DNA of 62,936 nucleotides, the filler included, from Octopus bimaculoides (taxonomy: Eukaryota): assembly GCF_001194135.2 (NCBI RefSeq). It is 8 parts of 8 records of this genome, joined end to end, with 100 filler letters (N's around TTAATTAATTAA, not from the genome) between each part and the next. Parts side by side here need not be neighbours in the genome. Positions count along the whole stretch, not along the records: positions 34,663 to 41,785 come from NC_068988.1; positions 41,886 to 53,194 come from NC_069002.1; 6 more parts are not named here. One strand, written 5' to 3'. The position numbers and the translations under genes were made by a program. This document shows positions 37,730-49,860 of the stretch, piece after piece (the first letter of the stretch is position 1; every line of letters starts with the position of its first letter). The notes under the pieces were generated by a model, which was not told the DNA's origin, searched no databases, and worked only from the letters and a program-made list of their open reading frames with translations.

Positions 37730-37935
37730 GCTTACAACTGTTTCTGCTATGAGATGCAGTGGACTTTTAGTTGAGTAACAGGATAATATCCTAAGGTTTC
37801 ATCAGAGACTAGAACATGAAGTGAATTTTGTTTGGGAAAGTTACATTTTCAGAACATACAGGTGTTATGAGAGAGAAATTTATCCTGGAACTCAACTCAG
37901 AGTTCGCTACATCTTACAGTAGAAACAGTTGTAAG
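37730..37935. repeat. Inverted pair of decayed hammerhead-bearing PLE terminal repeats
   Basis: Minus 37730-37809: GTCT CTGATGA...TTATCCTGTTACTCAACT...GAAACAGTTGTAAG. Plus ~37865-37935: TTATCCTGGAACTCAACT...GAAACAGTTGTAAG. Confidence 0.65.
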
Positions 37936-38106
37936 TAAATGATGTTCATTGCATAACCTTTGTTTTTTTTTCTTCTGGTGGCATCTCTTTGTTTTCTATT
38001 ACTACCTTCTACTCATCTACCATTGTGTTCTGGACCATATGCATACTGAGTTCTACACCAGGTTATTAGCGTCACTATACCCAAGCGAAATGTTAAAGTA
38101 TATATA

Positions 38107-38952
38107 CAGGGTGCAATGGGTAAACTGTTGCCATTTTATATTTTTAATTTCGTGCATGTGCATTGTTTTTGATTTTGTCAATTACACAGTATGGTAGGGT
38201 CAGTTGGGCACTGTCTGTGAGAAAAACAGCACCAGGACACAATTCACTCTGCTAAAAATTTGGAAACATGCTGTATTGTTTTGCATTCATGCCAGAAGCT
38301 CCAGTGCGAATATTTCAGAGTGTTAGGGTGTCAATCTGAAGACATGTACCAAGAGTGATAAAAATCAAACATCCAGTCAACATCATGATGTTTGGAGTGA
38401 TCACTAGTGATGAGATGCTATGCCGCCATTCATCCTCGCATACGGCCTCAGACTTAACATGAAGGCCTACATCAAGTGCTTGGAAGAGGTAGTGCTGCCT
38501 GGGTTAAGAGGATGGCTGCTGGAAGACCCTTTATCTGGTAACAGGACTCTGCACCATGCTACACAAACAGGAGGACCCGGTCATGGCTATCAGACAATTT
38601 TTGCGACCGCATCACCCCTAACTCCCCAGACTTCAAACCTCTTGATCATTATGTGTGGGGCACAGTTGAGTGAGAGACCAACAAAACTCGTAACACCAAA
38701 GATGAACTGAAGGCAAAGATTGCGGTAGCATTCACCAGCTTATACAAGGAGACCGTCCAGAAGAGTTGCAGGAGATTCCAAAGTTGTCTCGAGGCTGTGA
38801 TTGAAGCCAATGGAGATTTTATTGAAGAAATTTACTCTTTAGTATTTCAAGATATTTTTATATAATTTTGGTAAATATATCTATTAAAATGAGATGACAG
38901 TGTTGTTTTCATTTTTGCGTGATTTAGACGACAGTTTATTCCCTGCACCCTA
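38107..38952 (+). mobile_element. Internally deleted Tc1/mariner element (maT/DD37D-like), pseudogenised transposase C-half
   Basis: TA-flanked imperfect TIRs CAGGGTGCAATGGGTAAACTGTTG / CGACAGTTTATTCCCTGCACCCTA. Frameshifted KHPVNIMMFGVITSD..MPPFI...IWQQDSAP...SPDFKPLDHYVWG..E...N.KDELKAKI. Confidence 0.85.
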
Positions 38953-39356
38953 TATATTATATATATATATATAATACTGTTCTTGCTGGATTGTGTGTTC
39001 ATTTCTCAAGGTTTTTATGGTTGGATGCCCTTCCTAATGCCAGCCACTTCACTTTTTATTGGGTGTGTTTTATGTGTCACCAACACTACTTTCTAAATGG
39101 TACCACAGTTTATATGCACACACAAATATTTAGATCCTTCGAATAAAACAAACACCAGTGCAACTTTGTTTAAAATTGTTTCACACCTCATCAATGATAG
39201 AAAGAGGATTCCTCTGTAAAGACATGTATCCCGGCTGGAGTGAGCCTATTTATGACAAACAGCTACACAAGTTACATACACAGCCTACCCAACTAACAAT
39301 TTGGCAATACAAAGAAATATATTAAGCTTCATTTCAGATGAGGACTGGCCTAAAAT

Positions 39357-39475
39357 CAGTGGTTTTCAAACAATTTTTACCTCTGGGCTCCTTTATTACT
39401 TGGATGGACCCGTTGTGGCCATTTGATGTTGCAGAAATCTTAAAATGTTATAGGGATCCCTGTTGAGAAACACTG
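39357..39475. mobile_element. hAT MITE
   Basis: TIRs CAGTGGTTTTCAAAC / GTTGAGAAACACTG. TSD CCTAAAAT / CCTTAAAT matches at 7 of 8. Confidence 0.75.
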
Positions 39476-41885
39476 CCTTAAATGTAATGTTATCTTATCG
39501 ACAAGTTCACCTTTCCATGGAATTCATTGAGGCAGATCTCTTTCTGTGGCCAGATGCTTTTCCTGTTGCCAACCCTTACCTAATTCCAAGCAAGGATATT
39601 TCCCCATGGAGGGACACGTTCCCACAGGAGATTGCAAATGATGGACTGTTTGCACAATGGTCACACTGTGATATCAAAACACCAGAGGATGCATGTGCAC
39701 ACACACACACACACACCAGCCTCGTTTCAGTTTCCATCAACCAAATCTACCGACAAAGTTTTTGGTGGCCTGGAACTATAATACAAGACGTATGCTCAAA
39801 GTGGGACTGAACAGGAGACCAAACTTAACCAAATGGCCATCTCTCCACCTATTCATCGAGGTTTCTGCATTAAGGAAAATACAGAACAACATCTGTTTTC
39901 CATGCTAGCAGGAGCTACATGAGGTTCCCTAGTCTGTTCTGCCAGGATTTCTACAGTTGGAAGCCCTTCTTAACACCAACTACTTTACGGAGTGCTTCTT
40001 ATATCACACCATTCTCGGTGATCTGACTCCAGCACCGGCAGGGTCACCATACTTTACGAGACAAAAAACACTGACTGAGAAGTAGGGAGTATTATCGAGA
40101 TGTGGCCTTGTGGCAGTTGAGAGATTTAAGGTATCGAGGGGACAGATGTAGGTGTCTTGTTTTAGAGTAGATACATGGGTACTCCAGTTGCAGCACTCTT
40201 CGGAGTCTAATCTGGGGAGAAATATAGGCAAAGAGTTTTTTTTTTTTTTTTTTTTTTTTTTGTGAAATACAAAAGAATTACCATATAATAAAATTTAGAA
40301 AAAATATATTTTTGCTGTTTTTAATGTTTAATTTTTTTTTTTTCCGACAAAATATTTATTGAATTTTCCAAGTGTACACACCATCTTACCATCAAGCTAT
40401 TTCGAGCCAGAGAATTCCACTTACCATCCAAGGCTACATCTTCCTGTCACTAACCACAGAGATGACATGAAGTATTGTTACTAAGGCAGCCCATTTTTTT
40501 CAGAAATGTTGGCATATGGGCATGCAAAGGAACCAAGAAGAAGGACAAAGAAAAAAAACAAAACAAAAAATAAACTGAGTGATACAGAAAAACAAACAAA
40601 AAAAAAAACAAAATAGAAAGGTGAGTTGTTAGTTGAAGAATATGAACTGCTGACTGCATAGTTCTGTATTGGATTGAAAGAGGACATTAACAAAAAATAT
40701 GGAAACCACCATGAAGAATGGGATAAAAAAAAAAATTCTTCAGATGTAAAAAACAAAAAACACAAATACACCTGTGTTCAAAACAAATGTTTCAAGGAAA
40801 GAATTTCTCTTTCTTTTCAATTGCTGCCAATATAATATTCCAAAACTATTTAAGTTAAACGATGTTGAGTGTGTGCATGTGTAAATCCATATATATTATA
40901 TATACACACACACATACATACAAAAAATACTAAAGTTTGTTTCTTGTGTTATGTTATCCCTTTTGGCAAAGTATAGTGTGTGTGTGTGTGCGTAAACGAG
41001 TCTGATTTTGATGTTGAATGTTCCCAGTTCGATCAATAGCACTGCCCACTCACTGTCTTATAATGGCTGAGTATACTACAGACACTTGTGTTCTTCACAC
41101 AAACTCTTCAACAGAATCAGAGAGATAGAGTGCGTCAAGGCTGGCACATGGAACTACATGTTACAGTTCACCCTTAAGGGAGGTCATAGTCGGCACCTAC
41201 CTTATTTCACACAGACAAACACACACTAGGGGCTGACCTGTGGCTGGAGTCAAAGACACTTGCCTTAAGCATCTTAGCAGTGAGATTGAAACCAAGGTGT
41301 CAGAATTTGTGAAGAGAATTCTGAACCCCGGCCATGCTGGTAACACACGCACACAAAACCATGCATATACTTAGGTATCTCTAGTAGAGATCAGCATTAT
41401 TAACATTTTGCAGGCCAGTGAAATGATACTGGGACTATTAGGAGAGCGAGTCCCAGTTTAGCTTTTAAATATTTTTACATCATAAAACCAAATTCGTAGT
41501 ATATTGATTCATACTGATCCAAGCATTATCTCACAATCTCATATGTTTATTTGAAAAAAAACAAAAAAAAATACAAACTAAGTTAATTGCCAGAATTTAA
41601 TTAAAAAAGAAAGAAAAAAAAAACACTGTTAAATAAAGTAACATATTAAATCAAGCAGAATGTAAAATGAAAATAGATCTAAAAGAAAAAAAAAAAAAAT
41701 GATGTTACTGAATTAAATTTACACTCAGTTATTTACTAATTTTACTTGAAAACTAATTAAGTGTTCAAAGAGTGGATTTGTGCAGNNNNNNNNNNNNNNN
41801 NNNNNNNNNNNNNNNNNNNNNNNNNNNNNTTAATTAATTAANNNNNNNNNNNNNNNNNNNNNNNNNNNNNNNNNNNNNNNNNNNN

Positions 41886-41944
<59 letters not shown>

Positions 41945-42339
41945 GCTGGGCTTGGTGTCAGAAAGGAGTGGATGTCCTCCTTCCTGACCCCAACCCTCAC
42001 TTGAAAATTCCTCCTCAACAGAATCTCATCTGATTCATACGAGCATGGGAAAGTAAATGTTAAATCAATGAGGATGATTATTTAGGGTGGTGGATTAGCA
42101 GATTAGCAGAATCAGTAGAGCTTCCAACTGATGCCTTGCAATATTTCATTACATCTCTTTACATTGGTTTCAAATCCTTGAATTTGCCTTTTATTATTCT
42201 GAGTTCAATCAAATAAGGTATCAGTCATATAATGGGGTGGATTTAATTATTGTTTTCTTCAAAATGTGTGGTCCTGTACAAATCTTAGAAATTATTATCC
42301 TTGTTTAACACAGCAACTTTGTTAAAGATTGTAACAAGT

Positions 42340-42692
42340 TTTCAGTTGAAAGGCCAAATTTGATCAGTTAGAAAGCGAAATCGTGATGGCACCTGTGCCC
42401 AGCGTCGCCTTCCTGACTCTTGTGCCGGTGGCACGTGTAAGACATTCGAGCGAGATTGTTGCCAGTGCCGCTGAACTGGCTCCTGTGCAGGTGGCACGTA
42501 AAAAATACTATTTGAGCGTGACCGTTGCCAGTACCGCCTGACTGGCCTTCGTGCTGGTGGCACGTAAAAGCACCCACTACACTCTCGGAGTGGTCGGCGT
42601 TAGGAAGGGCATCCAGCTGTAGAAACTTTGCCAAATCAGATTGGAGCCTGGTGTAGCCATCTGGTTCACTAGTCCTCAGTCAAAGTGTCCAA
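42340..42692 (+). mobile_element. RTE-related non-autonomous element with three internal ~70-bp units
   Basis: GGTGGCACGT motif repeated three times, then GGCGTTAGGAAGGGCATCCAGCTGTAGAAAC. Confidence 0.7.
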
Positions 42693-42714
42693 CCTGTGGA
42701 CTGAGATAACACTT

Positions 42715-42965
42715 CAGATTACAAGAACTCTGCTGACGATTTGTGCAGCTCCAAGCATATTTTCTTCAGCTGCTCTGGCTTCACATTTACCCTTGCCTCT
42801 TCAATCCAGTTTCTGAATTTTGTTTCCAAGGCTCCAACAACAATAAGTTTGATGCTCATCTTCTTCGATGACCACAATCTTTTTTATTTGCCTCTTCAAA
42901 TCATCATATTCGGCCTCCTTTGCTTCTTCTCCCAATATTTTGTCATTGCAAGGTCATGTAATATC
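42715..42965 (-). mobile_element. Degraded RLE-type non-LTR retrotransposon 3' fragment (R4/NeSL-like), distinct from the terminal copies
   Basis: DIT.PCNDKILGEEAKEAEYDDLKRQIKK...IKLIVVGALETKFRNWIEEA. Confidence 0.6.
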
Positions 42966-43010
42966 TAGGATTAAGCAAGTTTTTCTTCTCTCTATTCAGA
43001 ATCTCTATAC

Positions 43011-43309
43011 CAGGGATTCTCAACCATTTTTCATCTGAGGACCCCTTTTGATTGCTATTTTATTCTGGTGGACTCCCCCATAGCCATTCAGTGTTTAAAA
43101 ACTAGTTTTATTGAAACTTCTTTCATAATGCCTCTTTTGTTTTTCACGTGTTAACCATAGGTTGAACTACGTAAAATATTGGAGAAAAAAACTTAGCGCT
43201 TTCTTGCAATATATACAACTAATGCACAATTTTTTCAGGGTCCCATAAAATATTATCATGGATCCCTAATTTACTATTTTGTTGCATTGACCCCAGTTGT
43301 GAACCACTG
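43011..43309. mobile_element. hAT MITE
   Basis: TIRs CAGGGATTCTCAACC / AGTTGTGAACCACTG. Flanks CTCTATAC / GTCTATAT fit the NTCTA.AN Charlie-type target. Confidence 0.75.
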
Positions 43310-43482
43310 GTCTATATGTAGATTTTAATGTCCAATTCCATGATTACATTGGATCATTACATTCCTCAGTATCTTTACCTTGTCATTCTCTATTACTCAT
43401 TCTGGAGTTTGCCCATTGCACATCCTTGCTCTGTCGAATCTATACTTGTTACACAGCTCTCAATGAATCGAAATATATATAT

Positions 43483-43790
43483 AATAGCCCAGTGGTTAGG
43501 GCAGCGGACATGCAGTCGAAGGATCGCGGTTTCGATTCCCAGACTGGGCGTTGTGTCTGTTTATTGAACAAAAACACCTAAAGCTCCATAAGATTCTGGC
43601 AGGCGGTGGTGGCGACCCCTCTTGTACACTTTTGGCCCAACTTTCTTTCACTCTTTCTTCCTGTTTCTTGAGTAATGCTGCAATAGACTGGCGTCCCGTC
43701 CAGCTGGGGAGAACACATATGCCATAGAAACCGGGAAACCGAGCCCATGAGCTTGGCTAGGCTTTAAAAGGGCACAAATAAATAAATAAA
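43483..43790 (+). mobile_element. tRNA-derived SINE (family D)
   Basis: TAGCCCAGTGGTTAGGGCAGCGGAC...GGTTTCGATTCCCAGACTGGGCGTTGTG. Homologous to 55032-55349. Confidence 0.75.
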
Positions 43791-44066
43791 ATATATATAG
43801 GTACATATACATGTATATGTATGTGCATGTATATATATATATATATATATATGAATATGTATTAATGCATATACATGTTTATGTATATATGTGTATATAT
43901 GATATTTATAACTATGTACACTTGCACACATACTTATTGACAATTTAATGTAAGAGTATTCAATATAGAGCAGAAATATTTAGAAGACTAGTTCAATTCC
44001 TACTCCTAAGAATTTTGATGATGAATTCTAAAGTTTGACAAGTCTCTTTAAAGTCAACATTTTATG

Positions 44067-44097
<31 letters not shown>

Positions 44098-44916
44098 ATA
44101 TATATGTATATATGCATATATACATATGCACACACACACACATATATACATATATATGTATACATGTGTGTATATGTATGTACATATATGCACACATATA
44201 TACATATGTGGCCATGAGGTTGTCTGTTTGTTTCAACCACTCAGCCCTTTCAGTAAATGTCTTCTATCGTTATTTTGAGTCGAATAAAGCCTGAGAAGTG
44301 AAACTGGGCAGACAAGAACTGTGCAGAATCCCATCAGGTGAATTGTATCTGCTCTTGGGTAGTGTACCCAATGTTTCACCCAGGTTAATTCTGCCAGAAA
44401 GCCTTTAGGTATTTTTAGTAGAATCCAGTCTATTGCAGCTATTCAGATGAGTTCTTCAGTCTGACAATAGAAAATTCAATATCTTTGTCAAACTTGTTCC
44501 TTCAGCAGCAAGCTTCATTCATAGTTCTTTTCTCCAGTCACTGGTGTGTGGTAAAAATCACTGTGCTACCCTATTTCTTCTGACTGCACCATTATAATAT
44601 AAAATAACCTACTTCCCAAATTATACATGAAAAGGGTGTAAGAAATTCTGTTGTGAAAGAGATTTTTCTGTAAAGTAATGAGGAAAAAAAATCAGCCACA
44701 AGAACATCCAAAATCTGTGTAAAGGTGTTTGACTTGATCATGTAATTACTGTCTGTCCAGTATCTGGGCCCCTATTAAAATGGCTTCATTCCAAGTCTTG
44801 AAATATTTCTTCTGCATGAATGAAATGTATTTTATTAAAAATTTGAATATCATTTTGTTTTGTTATATTGTTTTTATTCAATGTGTGTTAAGATATTGTA
44901 GTGGCGCGAAATTATA

Positions 44917-45020
44917 GCCGCCATTGAGGAAGTACTATTCTGCGCATGCGCAAGGGACTTCACCACCGGAAGCCCCTCGAGTGCGCATGCGTAGTAAAAC
45001 TGGTACTTAAAGAGTGAGTT
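44917..45020. promoter_or_regulatory. Housekeeping-type promoter cluster: YY1, NRF1 x2, ETS, and a possible first-exon donor
   Basis: GCCGCCATT 44917-44925, TGCGCATGCGCA 44941-44952, CCGGAAG 44966-44972, TGCGCATGCG 44982-44991, AGA|GTGAGT near 45013. Confidence 0.6.
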
Positions 45021-45478
45021 TCACTTTCTTAGGCAGTTGAGCGATAGACCTTCTACGTGACAACTCCTCGCACCTCAACGAAGCACTCTTCACCTCGATG
45101 CCTTCGATGGTGATAGCTACTTGCTCTTCTAGCATGCATCAAGGAAGCTCTAAACCTTCCAATTACCGATTACAAATTAATCAGCGGCTGCTAAGCTGAG
45201 TGACACAGGAATTGTAAAACCAAGCATCATCAAAAATAAAACTTATTTTTATTATGTTGTTAAATTGTTCTACTGTTCCTTAATATAGAATGCTGTTGAA
45301 AGGTGATAGAGAGAGACTAATTACGATGACAACTAAAAAACATTTACAATATTAAGGCAATGAGGTTATTTTCTTATGCTGTTTCCATGACTTCAAAACC
45401 ATGTTATTTAGGTTATTGTTCATAAATATAGGTAAATAATTATTGGTTTGCTGCAATATGTTCTTCAATTCTTTTCAG

Positions 45479-45537
45479 TGATGAGGATATTGAGGAGGAA
45501 GAGTCTAATGGGTTACAAGCTATGCAGACCCTTTGAG
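45479..45537 (+). CDS. Candidate exon of unknown gene (acidic DEDIEEEESNGLQAMQTL*)
   Basis: ttcttcaattcttttcag| strong acceptor. One frame gives an acidic terminal peptide; parent gene unclear. Confidence 0.25.
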
Positions 45538-46063
45538 GTTGATATGACTGTTCAGTTTAAATATCATAAGCCAACATCTGCAGGAAAAAATGCTGATGAG
45601 AAGGGTTAATGTCCTGAGAAGAAAAGATTGCACCTGGTAGTTAAGTTTGGCAGGTGAGACTCTGTAGAAGTAATAAGAATAGAATAGATATGTGTTTGGA
45701 GGTTGCCGTGGGTGAGCACTGTATTGTATCTAGCAAGTTGAAGTAGTGCTAGAAAGGTAGAGAAAGGAGACAGCATCATTTGCAGGTCAAAAGTTGTAAA
45801 GTGTTGGTGAGTAAGTCTTTTTGCAACTATACCATTTCACATTCAAAATGAGTATAAAAGATACTCTACTTTATTTTTCTCATTTCGAATAAAATTATTC
45901 CATCATGAATGTGAAATGATGTAATTAGTTTAGCCCTTTAGCATTTAAACCGACCATATCCAGTCAAAATATTTTACTTGTTTAATGCTCAAACAAGCCA
46001 TATCTGGTTTCTTACACCTACCCTACAATGCCATACTAAAAGTAAACAATCATATTGTTTACA

Positions 46064-46416
46064 TAGGCACAGAAGTGGCTGTGTGGTAAGTAGCTTGCTT
46101 ACCAATCACATGGTTCCGGGTTCAGTCCCACTGTATGGCACCTTGGGCAAGTGTCTTCGACTATAGCCTCGGGCCGACCAAAGCCTTGTGAGTGGATTTG
46201 GTAGACGGAAACTGAAAGAAGCCCGTCGTATATATGTATGTGTTTGTCCCCCCGATGCTAGTGTGTTTACGTCCCCGTAACCTAGCGGTTCGGCAAAAAG
46301 AAACCGATAGAATAAGTACTAGGCTTACAAAGAATAAGTCCTGGGGTCGATTTGCTCGACTAAAGGCGGTGCTCCAGCATGGCCGCAGTCAAATGACTGA
46401 AACAAGTAAAAGAGTA
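46064..46416 (+). mobile_element. Family-A SINE, near full length
   Basis: Highly similar to 28201-28582. Confidence 0.85.
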
Positions 46417-46756
46417 ATGTGCAAATGATTCTTCCGGTTTTCTCTCTCTCTCTCTCTCTCTTATCTATCTATCTTGTCGTTTTTTACTATTTTTTTGGCA
46501 TTCATATTTTCCTCATCGTTTATATAAAAGGAAATAACTGTACATAAGTATCAGTATGCAAACTTAATCAAGAGATGCACTTCGACACCTTGTGTTTAAA
46601 AGATGTTGCCGAAAGGATATGATACGACATTCAAAGGCATTTTGGATCGATGTTAAAACTCTGCCGCCTTGTTTTCGTTTTAGCTAGAGGCAGTCTACGT
46701 CACTGTTTATGTGGAAATTACGTGCGTTTGTTTGTATTTTTCCGGTTTTCACATCA

Positions 46757-46803
46757 ATGGCTCTCATGAAGCGTCCAATCAAGCAGCCCACATGTTGCTA
46801 TGA
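46757..46803 (+). CDS. Candidate first coding exon of an unidentified membrane-protein gene
   Basis: ATG ALMKRPIKQPTCCY GA|gttact (weak donor, phase 2), in a CpG-rich segment with CCGGAA, TGACGT and CCAAT motifs. Confidence 0.25.
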
Positions 46804-46892
46804 GTTACTGGTACATTGTGGGGCCACTATTTTATTGGTTGCAGAGAGTTCTGGGGTCCAAATTTTCTTTATTCGGCTGTAATATTATTTAG

Positions 46893-46925
46893 TGGCACGT
46901 GTTTTGCTACAGGTGCCATTGTAAT
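46893..46925 (+). CDS. Candidate exon 2 (GTCFATGAIV)
   Basis: atattatttag|T GGC...GTA AT|gtatgt, 33 nt, phase 2/2. Confidence 0.4.
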
Positions 46926-47476
46926 GTATGTATGTTATCAATCAGTTTCATTTCTGTATTTCTTGTCCATAGAGAAAGAGCCGGACTCTAACATAGATTC
47001 AAGGCTCCTTCATTGGAACTTTTATCAACATCATCTAGATATTTGTGTGTGTGTGTGCAGTATTTGGTGTTAGTGTATGCGTAGATTTGTATGTTTGTTT
47101 TATGGATGCGTTTTTATGTATATATTTTCATGTCTAGATGCATACATATGTATTTATGTGCTATGTATGTGTGTGTATAAATGAATGAACGCACGTCCGT
47201 ATGACAGCAAGAAGAGTATTTCAACACATCCTGGCATGACGTCGGAAAGGAAAATTATTAAATGTAGACTGTTGTAAGGGAAAGAACTCAGTAAGTCCTT
47301 AAATTAAAGGGAAGTAACAGCCTACCTCTGCGTTTTTAATGAATCAAATGTGTTGACAGCAGAGATGAAAATGAAGTTATTTCTTCTCAACCTGAAATTA
47401 TTGTCTGTAATACTGAGTCGGGGCCCTGTATGAAGGAATATGTGAAAGAGTTAAAGTCTACTTCCATTTACTTCAG

Positions 47477-47604
47477 TGGAACTTGTCTTGGATTTCTTTT
47501 AGCCATTTGGAAACGATCATCCCAAGACAATCTTTTTCAGCCTTTTTACAACTACGCTCCACTTCGATATTTTAAAGAAAGTGATCCACCACGAACAGAT
47601 GCAG
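47477..47604 (+). CDS. Candidate exon 3 (GTCLGFLLAIWKRSSQDNLFQPFYNYAPLRYFKESDPPRTDA)
   Basis: ccatttacttcag|...GCA G|gtagta, 128 nt, open, phase 2/1. Confidence 0.5.
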
Positions 47605-48439
47605 GTAGTATTCACCGTGTATGTATTCATATTATGTTATAGTTTTTTTTTTTTTTTTTACTTGTTTCATTCATTCATTAGATTGAGGTCATGCCGGGAC
47701 ACGAATTTTTTTTTCCCACGAGAGTTCCGGACTCCAGTAATGAACTCATTTGCATACAACCAATCAGAGCTACCCTTGACCTTGTTGTCACTATTGTTTT
47801 CATTGGCAACACAGGGCCTAACACAGAGGGGACATTACAAGGACAAACAAGCGAACATATAGTGTGGTCATAATGAAAATGACAAATATAATGTAACCGG
47901 ATGGAAATTTTAAAAAATTACAGAAATCGATAAAAAATAAAAATTTCTATTTTTTATATACATCACCGGGTTAGTTAACCCGCCGCCGTTATCCGACGTA
48001 TCCCCATTTGTAGTTGGATGGCTACACTTAACCATTTCCATTCACTCTGATACACACACACACACACACACAGGGATATATATGCAAAGGGTACCTGCTG
48101 GCATGGAGATATTGGGATATGTGAGCGGTACTCGTTTCACTCACCCCAAGAACACACGACCAGGTCACAGACTACGATGCTTCCACCATGAAAATACATG
48201 GACGGTGCATGCACTGCTCCTAAGTCGAAACAAATTGTAGATGTAGTGTGGACAGCAGCTGATGAAAAACGGTCTTTTTGGGAAACGGCACAGAGGATTG
48301 TAAGACAGCTGACCTTGCTTCAACAGACATTGAATCTGAGAAACATGTACCAGTACTCAAGACCACCGCAAACAACAAAAGATCCAGCTTGGCCACCTCT
48401 ACATATGTCAGACCAATGGCCACTACCATCACCCTATAT

Positions 48440-49860
48440 GTCACATCAGTATTCCTGCTGAACATCAAGGGCCTTGTAACGTCCCACTAACCCAAGGTCC
48501 AATATCTGAGAGACTTAGTGACATGTAATCAAGCAATATGCATAATACTAACAGAAACACATTAGAGGCTGAGATACACACCAGAGTATGTTGTATTTTA
48601 GACTGAGAGGAGAGAAAAGACTCTTGGTGAAGTTGTGATGTTCATCCAGGTAGATATCATTCTTGTAGTCCTGCTGTCACATTCAAACTCAGTCTGTGAT
48701 ATTCTCTTGGTACACATTAAACAGATGAAAATGGTAATATGTTCTGCGTATCGCCAGTCGTATGCCCAAATAATGAGGACTGGTGTGAAGAGTGCCTCAA
48801 AAAGATGGAAAAAGTATTAATCAAACTAGATGATAGCCTTCACATACTTCTAGGGGATTCCAACCTCTCTAATGTCGAATAGCCTGAGGGGCGCCTTCTC
48901 TCAGGTATGTCCTTGCATGGTCAGAGGCAAACTGAATCTCTACTTGACCCCACAAACCTGCTCCTCATGGAACAAACAGTTCTCCAGCCAACAAGAGATA
49001 GAAATGATCTGGACCTCAGCTTCACAAATAATACGGCACTCATCCATAATGTTAAGGTAACACCGACGGTTTTCTCGAACCATAACTTAATAGAACTAAC
49101 AATGTATGGTCCGTAGAAAACTGTAGACATGCAGGCTGCTAGAAGTACCCAATTCCTCTCCAGCCTGAACTTTCATAAAGCTGTTTGGAAGGATATTCAG
49201 ACATAAAGCTGCAGCACTCTATAACAGCTATGCATGGCATATGTAGTAAGTTTGTTTCAGAGAGAACGTAATACCAACAGAAAAATATAATTCCCATGGG
49301 TAGGAGACTTTTAACGAGACAACGATCAAAATCTTAAACCGTCTAAATAGGCCACTAAAGAATAGCAAACAAACATTGCTTGAGGTCAAAAATGAACTCA
49401 GACTCTTCCATGAAAAGGACAAAACAGAGAAAGAAGCCAGGGCTGTCAAAAATGTAAAGACAAACCTTAAAGCCGTATATAGATTTACAAAAGAGTCTGC
49501 TTTAATACATGGCCACTGTTCGAGAAAGATGGTTCACTGACTTTAAACTCCAAGAAGTTCAGTGAAATACTGAATGTACAAAACAAATATGTTTGTTACA
49601 CCCCCGTTGGGACGCTAGCTATGCCTGATGCGTTCTTCGCAACCACAGCTCTAAACAAAGAAATGGTAATTATTGATTACTTTAAAATAGTGGAAACTGA
49701 TGTAATATCAGTCATTAATGAAATGAGTTTGAACTCAGCCACAGGCCCTGAGGAATTCTCAGCAATCCTCTTAAAGAAATGCAAAGGAGCTCTTGCAAGA
49801 CCACTATAGATCCTCTTCCAGAGCCTCCTCACAACTGGAAGACTTCTGTCTGCAGTTGAA
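48440..49860 (+). mobile_element. Degraded CR1-group LINE ORF2: APE endonuclease and region N-terminal to RT
   Basis: LLNIKGL...IILTETH...VICSAYR...GDSNL...PTRDRNDLDLSFTN...SNHNLIE...NFHKAVW...SATGPEEFSAILLKKCKGALARPL. Possible ORF1/5'UTR from about 48000. Confidence 0.8.
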
